DNA from: Ostreococcus lucimarinus
Lineage: Eukaryota
Reading direction: 5' to 3' (one strand)
DNA: 64,000 nucleotides
Assembly: GCA_000092065.1 (NCBI GenBank)
Contig: CP000591.1
Shown here: in pieces, positions 37,613 through 47,528 of the stretch
How positions within the stretch are numbered: the stretch's first letter is position 1
Layout: each line of letters begins with the position of its first letter
Made by a program: the position numbers and the translations under genes
Notes under the pieces: generated by a model
What the model was told of the DNA's origin: nothing
Seen by the model: only the letters and a program-made list of their open reading frames with translations
The model's database searches: none

Positions 37613-38530
37613 TCAGGTGACGCGAACGATGAAATCGCACAGCGGGGCGAGTTGATTTTTCATCGCGCTGACGCGGTCGCACACGACGCCCGGGCGTCTC
37701 GAGGCTTTGGTAAAGGCGTCGAACGTGAACGTTTCCCCGGGTCTTTGACAGAGCGTACGGTACTTGTCGCGCTTTTTCTTTGCCACGGCGTTCGCGCGGC
37801 GCTGAGCGGCGGTGATTGCCATTTCGGGGAGGGAGCCGGCGTCGGCGGCGCGCGCCGCGTCGATTTCTCGTTCCAGACGTTTTCGAATGAAATCCGGTGG
37901 GTGCGCCGTGAGCTTCTCGCACTTGTTGCACGCGATCATGAGTGGGATCTTGCGCGTTTGAAACGATTCGTCGCTCAGGATGTCGAACAGGAACTTGGCG
38001 ACTTCCTTGCGTTCGCTCGCGAAGGACACGCTGTCCACGACGAAGACGACGGCGCGCGCCCGCGCCAACTCTCGCAGCGCTTCCTTGCGCAGCTTGGCGT
38101 GTCCTGGAACGTCCACGACGCGCACGTGCGACTTTGTCACCTCTCGCCCTCGGCTATTCTTCCCGACGACGACCGCGTCGCCGCACTCGTTCGCCTCGAC
38201 GCTCGTCGTCGTCCTGAAACGCTGCTCTCCGTACTTCAACCCCTGCCACAGCGCCGTCTTCCCGCAACCTTTACCGCCGAGCAGCAACACCGCGGGTTTA
38301 TACGTCTTCGAACGCGAGCCCGGACCGCTCGCGAGGGCGGCGAAGGCGCCACCGACGCCGAAAACGACGCGGAAAGCGACGACGATGGCCAGGAGCGTGA
38401 CGATCGCGACGAGCGCGTGCGCGGCGTTGGCGTCGTCGACGGCCAAACGGTGCGAGAGGACATCTCGCGCAAACGTGTGTGAGGTGTTGTACGCGTCGAC
38501 GGCGCGCGCGGTGAGGGCGGCGACGTCCAT
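37613..38530 (-). CDS. SRPRB: Signal recognition particle receptor beta subunit (Arf-like GTPase with an N-terminal TM anchor).
   Basis: ATG at 38530. TM helix LVAIVTLLAIVVAFRVVFGV. P-loop LLLGGKGCGKTALW. VVDVPGH. The NKCEK G4-like motif. Confidence 0.75.
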   Translation of the reverse strand: MDVAALTARAVDAYNTSHTFARDVLSHRLAVDDANAAHALVAIVTLLAIVVAFRVVFGVGGAFAALASGPGSRSKTYKPAVLLLGGKGCGKTALWQGLKYGEQRFRTTTSVEANECGDAVVVGKNSRGREVTKSHVRVVDVPGHAKLRKEALRELARARAVVFVVDSVSFASERKEVAKFLFDILSDESFQTRKIPLMIACNKCEKLTAHPPDFIRKRLEREIDAARAADAGSLPEMAITAAQRRANAVAKKKRDKYRTLCQRPGETFTFDAFTKASRRPGVVCDRVSAMKNQLAPLCDFIVRVT

Positions 38531-38617
38531 GGGGCGTTGTGCGGGACGAAGCGCGAGACGACTGGCGACGGGCGAAACCGAACCGGCGAGCTAGCGGTGG
38601 GTACTAATACAACGCGC

Positions 38618-40825
38618 TCAGGACGCGTTCAGGATGGACTGTCGAAGTTGCGAAATCACCTGCGCGGGATTGGCGGCGCCGAAGACGGCGCTGCCGGCGA
38701 CGAGGACGTTGGCGCCGGCGCGCGCGCAGAGCTCGGCGGTGCTCGGATTGACGCCGCCGTCCATTTGAATGTCCAAGTCTGGATACCTCGCGCGGAGGGC
38801 GGAGACTTTGTCACACACCGCGGGGTTGAACTTTTGACCACCGAACCCGGGTTCGACGGACAAGCACAGGACCATGTCGACGAGACCGGCGTCGACGAGC
38901 TCGTACACGCCGCCGTCTTCGTCGCACGGCGTGGACGGTTTGCACGCCACGGCGGCGCGCATGCCGAGCGATCGAATGGTTTTGCAGAGCTCCTCTGCGG
39001 CGGTACCGCTGACAACTTCGATATGGAACGTCACGCTCGACGCACCGGCGGCGGCGAGCGCGGGAACGAGCGTCGCAGGATTGCTCACGCTCAAGTGACA
39101 ATCGAAGAACGCGTCGCGCGGGCCGACGCGTTTCGCCAAATCCGCCACCACGGGAGGACCGATGGTCAAATTAGGGACGAAATGTCCGTCCATGATGTCG
39201 ACGTGCAACCAATCAGCGCCTTCGTCGAGCATGCGGTTGACTTCGGAGGCTAAAGCGCCTTGGTCGGCCGCCAACAGTGACGGGCAAACGATGGCGCGTT
39301 TGGTCGTCGAAACCGCGGGCGCTCGGCGCGCGCCCCACGTCTCGCGGAATGACGGATATAGTCGTAGGTACGCGGCGTACACGTCGGCATACGCTGCGTG
39401 TGCCTCTGGGTTCGGACTGATGACGCGCGATTTGCGAACCATCGCCGCGACGGCTTCGCGCACGCTTCCAAACAACCCCGCGCCGAAGGCGGCGAGTATT
39501 GCGCAACCGAGCGCGGGGGCGTCCGAACACTCGGTGACGACATGCGGCACTCCCGTGACGTCGGCGTGAATCTGTAACCAAAGTTCGCTTCGCGTCGCCC
39601 CGCCGGCGATGACGACTTCCTTCGGTTCGTACCCTCCGCGGGTCATGGTTTCAAAAATCAATCGCGTACCGCAACACACGCCCTCCAAAATCGCACGGAA
39701 CACGTGCGCTTTCGAGTGCTTGAGCGTGAGACCGGAGATCACTCCGCGGCTGAGTGCGTCCACGTGCGGGGTTCGGTTGCCTTGAAAGTGGTCGAGCGCG
39801 ACGACGCCTTCGCATCCAGGCGGGATCGCGCTCGCTTCGCGGTTCATGTCGTCGTAAAACGAATCGCCGCCGCCGCATAAATTCTTAAACCAATTCACCA
39901 CGGACCCCGTGCTCGTCTGACCACCCTCGACGACGAACGGCGCGCTCTCCACGAGCGCGTTTCTATACGTCCCGAAGATACCCTTCGCGTGAAATTCCTC
40001 CTCCGCGACGCCCAAGTGCAGGTGCGACGAGCCCGTGATCAGCGCTAACTGCCCCGGTTCGATGACTCCCAGCCCGACCATTCCCACGAACGCGTCCGCG
40101 CCTCCCTGAATCACCTTCGTGCCCTCGAGCAACCCGCACGCCGCCGCCGCTCGTGCCGTCATCCCGCCCACCGCCGCGCCCATCGGTAATATCTCCTTCG
40201 GCCACTTTTCCACCAACTCCGCGCACCCAAGCTTTTCTAACATCGTCATCGGCGGTCTCCCGTCGCCGTCGAAGTGCCACCGCACGCCGACGTTGTTCAT
40301 CGACCCGCAGTACCGTCCCGTGAGCCACAGGTTTACGTAATCCTGATACTCGCAAATCATCGTCGCTCTGTCGTACCGCTCCCGGTCGTTTCGCTTCAGC
40401 CACAGCGCCTTGGGCACCATCCACTCCGCGCTCACCGGTCCCGCGCCCGCGCAGTTGACGCGAAGCGCGTCGTCTTCCGTCTCGACGCACGCCGTCGCCT
40501 CGTCGCTCGCGCGGACGTCCATCCACAGCACGCTGTTCCCGATCGCGTCGCCGCGCGCGTCGAGCGCGACGACCGAGCAGCACGTCGTGTCGACGCACAC
40601 GGCCGCGACGTCGCGCGCGTCGACGCCGCACAGGCGCCGCGCCTCGGCGATGGCGGTCGCGAGCCCGTCGAGCCACGACGCGGGGACTTGCTCGGCGCGA
40701 CCGGGCGCGGGGTGCGAGGTGGCGTACGGGACGTCGGCGAACGCGAGCGGGACGCCGGTGAGGGTGAAGACACCGGCGCGGATGCCGGTGGTGCCGCCGT
40801 CGACGCCGACGACGACGGGAGGCAT
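38618..40825 (-). CDS. Bifunctional fusion: FGGY-family carbohydrate kinase (ribulokinase/xylulokinase-like) fused to ribulose-phosphate 3-epimerase.
   Basis: One uninterrupted 735-aa ORF. N-terminal FGGY: VVGVDGGTTGIRAGVF...CVDTTCCSVVAL...AGGATRSELWLQIHADVTGVPHVV. C-terminal RPE: SLLAADQGALASEVNRMLDEGADWLHVDIMDGHFVPNLTIGPPVV...DCHLSVSNP...LCLSVEPGFGGQKF...MDGGVNPST. ATG at 40825. Confidence 0.8.
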   Translation of the reverse strand: MPPVVVGVDGGTTGIRAGVFTLTGVPLAFADVPYATSHPAPGRAEQVPASWLDGLATAIAEARRLCGVDARDVAAVCVDTTCCSVVALDARGDAIGNSVLWMDVRASDEATACVETEDDALRVNCAGAGPVSAEWMVPKALWLKRNDRERYDRATMICEYQDYVNLWLTGRYCGSMNNVGVRWHFDGDGRPPMTMLEKLGCAELVEKWPKEILPMGAAVGGMTARAAAACGLLEGTKVIQGGADAFVGMVGLGVIEPGQLALITGSSHLHLGVAEEEFHAKGIFGTYRNALVESAPFVVEGGQTSTGSVVNWFKNLCGGGDSFYDDMNREASAIPPGCEGVVALDHFQGNRTPHVDALSRGVISGLTLKHSKAHVFRAILEGVCCGTRLIFETMTRGGYEPKEVVIAGGATRSELWLQIHADVTGVPHVVTECSDAPALGCAILAAFGAGLFGSVREAVAAMVRKSRVISPNPEAHAAYADVYAAYLRLYPSFRETWGARRAPAVSTTKRAIVCPSLLAADQGALASEVNRMLDEGADWLHVDIMDGHFVPNLTIGPPVVADLAKRVGPRDAFFDCHLSVSNPATLVPALAAAGASSVTFHIEVVSGTAAEELCKTIRSLGMRAAVACKPSTPCDEDGGVYELVDAGLVDMVLCLSVEPGFGGQKFNPAVCDKVSALRARYPDLDIQMDGGVNPSTAELCARAGANVLVAGSAVFGAANPAQVISQLRQSILNAS

Positions 40826-40889
40826 GACGAGGGGGAGGCGCGCGAGGCGCGTTGAGCGGCGAGCGGCGAACGGCGACGACGCCGCGAAG

Positions 40890-43292
40890 TTACAAATCGT
40901 CGTCGGAATCGATCCAAGGCGGACGCGGGACGACGAGGGGATTGGGTTCGGGCGCGGCGTTCGGTTTGGCGGTGACGTGGACGTATCGGGAGAGTAAAGC
41001 GCCGCGGAGGATGTCGTCGTCGGCGACGGCGGCGGCGGCGGCGGCGCTCGGCGGTTCGGGGGCGTCGGCGAGGTCTGCGCGCGACGTCGGGTCGAACGAG
41101 CGTTCGGAGTCCGTCATCGCGATGATACTCGGCGGTATGGGAGCGTTTGTGAGGTCCTCGCTCGAGGCGGCGGCGGCGGCGGCGAGCCGACGCGCGCGAA
41201 GCGTCGCGGAGCCCAAGCGTCGATGGGACCTTTCCGACGCGGTTTCGCTCGTCGTGTCGCTCGTCGTCTTGAACTTTCGCCTAGGTTTCACGGACACGGC
41301 CTCAGAGGCTTCGGAATCGGAGTCGCCGCGCGTTGGTGACGGTGGATTCTTCGCGCGCGGCGCGGAAGCGCGAAGTCGCGGATTCTCGTTCGCCCGTCGC
41401 CACGCGTCTTCGAGTTCTTTTTGTTTGTCAGCCAGATCCATCAAGTCCAGGTTCAGCGTTCGGCTGATCTCTCGGATCTCCGTCGAGAGCGTATCCATGC
41501 GCTTCAGCAGGTCGTCGTCTGCGCCACTCGTCGTCGCGATGATGGATGCAATTTCTCTTCTCACCGCCTCTCTCGTCGCCGCCTCTTTCGTCGCCGCGTG
41601 CTCGATGTCTTCCTCCCATTTTTGCTCACGAACGTCGATAGCGAACTGGAGCTTGGCGAACTGTGCGTTCACTGACGCCATCTCACCTTTCGCTGCATCT
41701 AAGAGCTGCTGCGCCTCCTCGCACGTGATGGCGGTGTCGAGTTTTGCAAGGTGCGCGTCCGCGTCTACGGCGGCGGCGCGGTCGGCTTTCAGCTGTTCAA
41801 TTTCTTTCTCGAGCGCGACGACGTGCGCATCGTACGCACGCTTACTCGACTCCATGTGCTCGTTCAATCGATCCATCTCTTCGATCGCCTTCGACTCTAC
41901 GAACCGCACGCGCTCCGACGCCTTAGTGGCGAGCGACGCGTACTCTTCGCCGAATTTGTTCAACGCCTGTTCCATGCGCTCGATGACTTTACTCTTTTTT
42001 CGCCCGCTCGAACGTTCGGCTTCGAGCGCTTTTACGACTAACCGTAAATGTCTCGGCGCAGCATCGCGCTCGTGCGCGCGTAGCTCCGTCTCCGCGCCGA
42101 CTTCTAGACAGCCGAATGCGGCGAACGCGCACGGCTTGCTCGCCCCGACGCAAAAGAATTCTTGGTGGGCGTCAAACGCTCTCGTACGCACCATGGCGCG
42201 GCATCGAGGACAAGGCCGTCTAGACTCTTCACACTTCACCGCGTGTATCGATGCGTGCATTGCGTTAACCACGGCATCGCAGCTCGGACAGTGCCACGGG
42301 CGAAAGTCGCAATCTGTCCTGTGTGAGTCGATGGCGTCACGCTCGCATCCGTACAAGCAGCCGTTGCCGTCCTCGTGCTGCAAGTTAATAAATCCACACT
42401 TGATGTACTCCCGAGGGCAGATCTCACGGTGTTCGGCGAGCTCACGTCGTTTACCATCCCACTCGCACTCGTTCGGGCATTTCACGAGCGCGCTCGGGCA
42501 CGTCAACGCGTGCTGCGTCATCTTACAAAACGGCACAACGTCTTCGCAACCCTTGACGTCGCACTTCACCGACCGCCACGCGCATTCACTCACGTGACTC
42601 ACGTAGGCAATCTTCGTCACGATCGCGCCGCAGTAATCCCTCCCCTTTCGCGCCTCGTTCGCCTCGCACTCCACGCGCGAGTCGTACGGATACCAACATC
42701 GTCTCGGCACGAAGGCGCACTCGCGATCGTGCACGTCTCGTAAACGCAACCGAATACCGCTCTCACCGCACCCATCCGCCTTCCAGCACCACTCACTCGC
42801 GCCCTGCGCGTTTCGCTTCAACACCATCGCGCGTCTGCACAGCACGGGCAACGACTGAATCGCATCCTCGACCTCGGCGTCCTCCGCGAGCGCGTCCTCC
42901 GCGTCCTCCCTCGGCGCGCACTTCGCGCAATACGTCGTCCCGTTCTCCGCCACCACGGGCGACAGCATCACGTCTCGACACTGCGGACACACCAAGCTCG
43001 CGTGCGGAAACCCCACGAAAACCGTCGGCGCGTGTTCGAGCGCGTCGTCCTCCGCGGCTTCCTCCGCGTCGTCGCCGCGCGTCGCCGCCGTCGAATCCTC
43101 GCCCGCGGTCTCCATCCTCCCCGACGTCATCGCCGCCCCTCCGCGCGCGTCGACGCCATCCAGCGTCGCGCCCGCGTCGCGCCGCGCCCGTCCGAGCGCG
43201 CCGCGCGCCGTCCACGGCGTCGCGCGGTTCGTTGACATCCAAAAATCCGTTCCATTGCCTCGCGCGTCCCGAAGCCTCACGAGCCCGCCCAT
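40890..43292 (-). CDS. TRAF-type zinc-finger protein with an N-terminal RING-like CxxC pair, several TRAF-type zinc fingers and a C-terminal coiled coil.
   Basis: CPQCRDVM...YCAKC. Repeated TRAF-type fingers: H..EC...CPNECEW..KRRELAEHREICP. HCPSCDAVVNAMHASIHAVKC. Long heptad region: KALEAERSS...EKEIEQLKADRAA. ATG at 43292. Confidence 0.65.
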   Translation of the reverse strand: MGGLVRLRDARGNGTDFWMSTNRATPWTARGALGRARRDAGATLDGVDARGGAAMTSGRMETAGEDSTAATRGDDAEEAAEDDALEHAPTVFVGFPHASLVCPQCRDVMLSPVVAENGTTYCAKCAPREDAEDALAEDAEVEDAIQSLPVLCRRAMVLKRNAQGASEWCWKADGCGESGIRLRLRDVHDRECAFVPRRCWYPYDSRVECEANEARKGRDYCGAIVTKIAYVSHVSECAWRSVKCDVKGCEDVVPFCKMTQHALTCPSALVKCPNECEWDGKRRELAEHREICPREYIKCGFINLQHEDGNGCLYGCERDAIDSHRTDCDFRPWHCPSCDAVVNAMHASIHAVKCEESRRPCPRCRAMVRTRAFDAHQEFFCVGASKPCAFAAFGCLEVGAETELRAHERDAAPRHLRLVVKALEAERSSGRKKSKVIERMEQALNKFGEEYASLATKASERVRFVESKAIEEMDRLNEHMESSKRAYDAHVVALEKEIEQLKADRAAAVDADAHLAKLDTAITCEEAQQLLDAAKGEMASVNAQFAKLQFAIDVREQKWEEDIEHAATKEAATREAVRREIASIIATTSGADDDLLKRMDTLSTEIREISRTLNLDLMDLADKQKELEDAWRRANENPRLRASAPRAKNPPSPTRGDSDSEASEAVSVKPRRKFKTTSDTTSETASERSHRRLGSATLRARRLAAAAAASSEDLTNAPIPPSIIAMTDSERSFDPTSRADLADAPEPPSAAAAAAVADDDILRGALLSRYVHVTAKPNAAPEPNPLVVPRPPWIDSDDDL

Positions 43293-43753
43293 GGCGCGCG
43301 CGCCGCGTCGCGCGTCGCGCTCGCGCGCGCTCGCGCGGTCCGTCGCGACGTCGCGGTTCGCGCGACGCCCGCGCGACGCGCGCGCGTCTGACGGTCGCGC
43401 GCCGGCGCACCGGCCTCGAGTCCCCCCGTTCTCGAATCAAGACTCGTCAAATGATGGGCGTTTCGAGTTTGATGGGCGTTTCGAGCGCGCAATACGTGGA
43501 GCGAGGCGCGCGCGCGCGGACGGCGCGAAGTCTCGCCTCAGTGCGCGTCGCGACGCCATCGCGCCGCCGACACGCCGCCGCGCGACGCGTCGATTTCCAC
43601 GCCACCGCGAGACGGCGCCGCGCGACCGCGAACGCCCTCGAGCGACGCGCATTCGAACGAATTCTCGAACCCTATTGATCCCCGCGATCGACCGCGCATT
43701 CCGTGGAATCGCATTCGCGACGCGTTCACCGACGAAACGCGCGATTCGGCGTC

Positions 43754-43963
43754 ATGTCGCTCACGAGCGATGAGATGAATTATTTGGTGTATCGATATTT
43801 GCTCGAAAGTGGGTTCACGCACGCGGCGTTCGCGCTCGGGAACGAGAGCTACGTCGATGGGCGAAAGTTGACCGACGGCCAACGCGAGGTTCCCCCGGGG
43901 GCGTTGATCTCGTTCGTGCAGAAGGGGTTGCAGTACTGCGAGCTCGAGGCGAATCTGAATGAG
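43754..43963 (+). CDS. TBL1/ebi-like WD40 protein, exon 1 (LisH domain).
   Basis: ATG at 43754. MSLTSDEMNYLVYRYLLESGFTHAAFALGNESY matches the TBL1 LisH [26 protein letters not shown]. ...GALISFVQKGLQYCELEANLNE. The donor |GTGCGTGAAG is at 43964. Confidence 0.8.
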
Positions 43964-44151
43964 GTGCGTGAAGTGATGACGCGCGCGCGCGACGCGGGAG
44001 GCGGGCGGAACGGGGCGCGCGGGACGACGCGGGCGCGCGACGCGTCGACGCGCGCGAGCGAGGAAATGTTAAAAATTAAACGCGGACGAACGCGCGGCGA
44101 CGGTGCGCGGATGACTGACGGTGTCGGTGACGGTTTTATTTCGTTATGTAG
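43964..44151 (+). other. Spliceosomal intron (188 nt) in the TBL1-like gene, GTGCGT...TAG.
   Basis: The junction restores the conserved TBL1 ...NEDGT... sequence. The in-frame stop is removed. Confidence 0.8.
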
Positions 44152-45492
44152 GATGGTACGGATGTTGACGCCGATTTTAGCGTGCTGAGCGCTAAGGATT
44201 TGCTGTCGCTGAGCGTGGACGAGTTGAAGGAACTCGTCTCCGCGCGGAGAAATATGACAGAGGAGGAGCGCAAGGCATTGAGGGAGGAGGAAGAGAAGGA
44301 GGCGCGCGCCAAGGCGGAGGCGAATGGGATCAAGATCGAGAGTGATATTGAGCGAGAGATCAAGTCGGAGGAAGTGACGGTGTTGGATGGACACACGAGC
44401 GAGGTTTTCATATGCGCGTGGAACCCGACGAAGCAAATGCTGGCGAGCGGTAGCGGAGACAGCACGGCGCGGGTGTGGACCGTGCCGGCTGGGCCGTCCG
44501 GGCGCGAGGCACAGACGAAGTTGGCGAAGCCGAAGGTGCTGGATCACAAAGCGAGCGGTGATGGCGTCGAGGCGATGGATACAGACGAGAAGAGCGCGGC
44601 GCCCGACGGCAAGTCGATGCAAGGCGACGTCACCACGCTCGACTGGAACGCGGACGGTACTCTGCTCGCGACTGGCTCGTACGATGGCCAGGCACGCATT
44701 TGGGATACGAATGGCAAGCTAAAAATGAGCTTGAAGCATCACAAGGGCCCGATTTTCTCCCTCAAGTGGAACAAGACGGGCGACTGCTTGCTCAGCGGTT
44801 CCGTGGACAAGACGGCTATCGTGTGGGACGCGAAGACGGGCGACATGAAGCAGCAGTTCGCGTTCCACTCCGCGCCCACACTTGATGTGGACTGGCGAAG
44901 CCCCACGGAGTTCGCCACGTCTTCCATGGATCACTCCATCTACGTGTGCAAACTTGGGGACGACAAGCCCATCAAGGCGTTCAACGGGCACACTGACGAG
45001 GTGAACGCCATCAAGTGGGATCCGAGCGGAACGCTCCTCGCGTCTTGCTCGGACGACTTCACGGCAAAAGTGTGGAGCTTGAAGAAGGATACGTGCGTGC
45101 ACGACTTCAACGAGCACGAGAAGGAAATATATACCATCAAATGGAGCCCCACGGGCCCCGGCACGGAGAATCCCGACCTCCCGCTCCTTCTCGCCACCGC
45201 GTCGTACGACGCCACCATCAAGCTTTGGGACGTGGAGTCCGGTAAGTGTTTGCACACGTTGGAAGGTCACACTGACCCGGTGTACTCCGTCGCCTTTAGT
45301 CCCGACGGCAAGTACCTCGCGAGCGGTTCTTTCGATAAGCACTTGCACATTTGGAACGTAAAGGATGGGAGCTTGATGCGAACGTATCAAGGAGAGGGTG
45401 GTATTTTCGAGGTTTGCTGGAACAAGGAAGGGACCAAAGTCGCCGCTTGCTTTTCGAATAATAGGGTGTCTGTCCTGGATTTCGAGAATTAG
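44152..45492 (+). CDS. TBL1/ebi-like WD40 protein, exon 2 (WD40 repeats).
   Basis: The acceptor ...TCGTTATGTAG| ends at 44151. The join gives ...NLNE-DGTDVD..., matching TBL1 ...SINEDGTVFDG. WD40 repeats: [13 protein letters not shown]...[34 protein letters not shown] and others. Intron 43964-44151 (188 nt), phase 0. Confidence 0.85.
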   Translation, partial: DGTDVDADFSVLSAKDLLSLSVDELKELVSARRNMTEEERKALREEEEKEARAKAEANGIKIESDIEREIKSEEVTVLDGHTSEVFICAWNPTKQMLASGSGDSTARVWTVPAGPSGREAQTKLAKPKVLDHKASGDGVEAMDTDEKSAAPDGKSMQGDVTTLDWNADGTLLATGSYDGQARIWDTNGKLKMSLKHHKGPIFSLKWNKTGDCLLSGSVDKTAIVWDAKTGDMKQQFAFHSAPTLDVDWRSPTEFATSSMDHSIYVCKLGDDKPIKAFNGHTDEVNAIKWDPSGTLLASCSDDFTAKVWSLKKDTCVHDFNEHEKEIYTIKWSPTGPGTENPDLPLLLATASYDATIKLWDVESGKCLHTLEGHTDPVYSVAFSPDGKYLASGSFDKHLHIWNVKDGSLMRTYQGEGGIFEVCWNKEGTKVAACFSNNRVSVLDFEN

Positions 45493-45568
45493 CGCGAGTT
45501 AGCGGAGAGAGAAGTTTTTTTAATTCGAATGGTCGATTCCAGAAAATTTCATTCCATTATTCATCGCA

Positions 45569-47401
45569 TCACGGCCGAGGCGTCGAATACACGTCCCACA
45601 GCGCGTGCGCGTCGTCGAGCGATTCCTGCGGTACCGCGCACACGTCCTTGATGAACGCTATCTTTCCATCATCGCATTTCCACTCCTCGAAACGCTCACG
45701 CAAGATGTGCCCCGTCATTTTCGTCCGCCGCGTGTCGTCTCTCAAGTGTTGCGAGACGAAGACGGCCCACTCGCACCGTCCTCGCTCAGGCATACCAAGA
45801 AGCTGCGTCGCGAAGGCGACGGTGATTTCGTCCGCCAACGCGTCCATGCCCTCGCCCTCTAGCACACCGATCGCGTTTAAGACGCCGAATAGGTGCCAAG
45901 CAAGCGACGCGTTCAAGACGTCATCCGAGTACGTGAGCGGGTGAAACGCCACGCGCACCTCCGCCGTGCTCGGCGACCCGCCTTCGTCCTCGGTGGACGC
46001 GGCGAGGGCGAGAATGTTGAACGCCACGTCGCGCAAGTGTGTCGCTTGGTTCGCGTCGAGTGCTTCGTAAGTCGCAACCGGCGGCAGCGGGTTCGCCGCG
46101 CGCTGTTGCGCGACGGCGTCGAGGTAGTTCTTCACCACGTCGCGCAGCGGCGACGTCGGTCCGGCGGCGAGCCACATGTGTAAGCCTAAGTTTTGATACC
46201 AACCCATCCCGTCATCGTCGCGCTCGACCTCACCGGCGAGAAGCTTGAATGCTTGCTCGCTGAACTCGTCGATGTACTTGCCCACCGACCCCGCGCGCCA
46301 GCGCGTGAGCTGTTGCTTGGCGTAGAACGCCACGTTTTTGCCGGCGCCGATTTGCGCCAAACACGTCGCCAAACGCGGATCTCCGTGCGCTGCCGCAGCG
46401 CGTGCAGCGCTCACGGTTCGACCACCGGCGACGTGCGTTAACGCCGCACGTCTACCGAACAGCTCTTCCTCGCAAGGCGCAGCGCGCGCGACTTGTTCTC
46501 GCAACCAAGCGCTCACGCCGGCGCGTCTTCGGTGCACCTCCGCCGCGGTGCCTCGAGACGCCCCGAGCTTGTCCTCGGCGAACAACTCACTCACGAGCGC
46601 CCACGCGCTGACTTCCGCCGCCGCGCGATCGCGCGCGACGACGTCGTCGCCATTACTATTCGCTAACGCCTCAACCACGGCCTCCAACTGTCGCAAGCAC
46701 GTCGCGGCGATGCCATACGGTTTCGATTCCGTCGACTCGCGCGAGCACGCCTGACGCAATCCCCCACTCGCGCGTCGCACCGACTGATCCAGGGCCACCT
46801 CCAGCGCACCCACGACGCCCGCAAACGTCATCTTCGTCCGAACCGCGCACGCGACGACGCCGTCGTCTCCGATCGCCGGCGTCGCCAACGCGCCGCGCGC
46901 GCCGAACGCGGCGCCGCGAGACCCCGCGAGCGCGCCGTACGCGTCCACCCCTCCCACCGACGCCTCCCGCGTCGCCGGCGCCGCGCGCGTCGACGCATAC
47001 CGCATCGACGCCGTCGCTCGCATCGCGTGTCCGAGCGCTCTCGCCATGGGCGGCGGCCGAGGCCTCGCGACCGCGTCGCCGCGCGCTTCGTTTGAATCCG
47101 TCTCCAACGCGCGCGCCTCATTTTCACCGTCATCCACGGATAAGAACGCCCCGAACGCGTCCGCGGTGGAGGTCTGACGCGCGCGCAACGCTTCGAGCGC
47201 GTCCTCGTGCGCGCGCAGCGCTTCCGCGGTGGCGCGCGAGTCGTAAAGGTCTACGATCGCATCGTCGCGCGCGTCTTCATCCATGAAATCGTCGCCGTCG
47301 ACGCGCTTCGCGAGACGACGCGCGCCGACGACGCCGAGCGGGACGTCGTCATCGTCCGAGACGTCGCTGTCGGCGTCGAGGAGACCGACGCGCGTGGCCA
47401 T
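45569..47401 (-). CDS. Hypothetical protein, possibly Nup96-like nucleoporin C-terminal domain (low-confidence family call).
   Basis: ATG at 47401. GMGWYQNLGLHMWLAAGP resembles the Nup96 W..LALHLWY motif. The rest is Ala-rich and likely alpha-helical. There is no Nup98 autoproteolytic domain. Confidence 0.4.
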   Translation of the reverse strand: MATRVGLLDADSDVSDDDDVPLGVVGARRLAKRVDGDDFMDEDARDDAIVDLYDSRATAEALRAHEDALEALRARQTSTADAFGAFLSVDDGENEARALETDSNEARGDAVARPRPPPMARALGHAMRATASMRYASTRAAPATREASVGGVDAYGALAGSRGAAFGARGALATPAIGDDGVVACAVRTKMTFAGVVGALEVALDQSVRRASGGLRQACSRESTESKPYGIAATCLRQLEAVVEALANSNGDDVVARDRAAAEVSAWALVSELFAEDKLGASRGTAAEVHRRRAGVSAWLREQVARAAPCEEELFGRRAALTHVAGGRTVSAARAAAAHGDPRLATCLAQIGAGKNVAFYAKQQLTRWRAGSVGKYIDEFSEQAFKLLAGEVERDDDGMGWYQNLGLHMWLAAGPTSPLRDVVKNYLDAVAQQRAANPLPPVATYEALDANQATHLRDVAFNILALAASTEDEGGSPSTAEVRVAFHPLTYSDDVLNASLAWHLFGVLNAIGVLEGEGMDALADEITVAFATQLLGMPERGRCEWAVFVSQHLRDDTRRTKMTGHILRERFEEWKCDDGKIAFIKDVCAVPQESLDDAHALWDVYSTPRP

Positions 47402-47528
47402 GGCGCGACGGCGTCTGCGGGGGACGACGCGCGACGCGGCGGTTCGGTCGCGGTTTCAAACGGTGGCGTCGCGCGGCGCGTGCGGTGCGTGTTTCCGCGG
47501 TGTCTGCGTTTGCTTGAATGAAATCACA

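Noticed and set aside
37580-38482. A 300-aa plus-strand ORF overlapping SR-beta.
   Set aside because: It is antisense to a gene with clear GTPase motifs and has no domain content.
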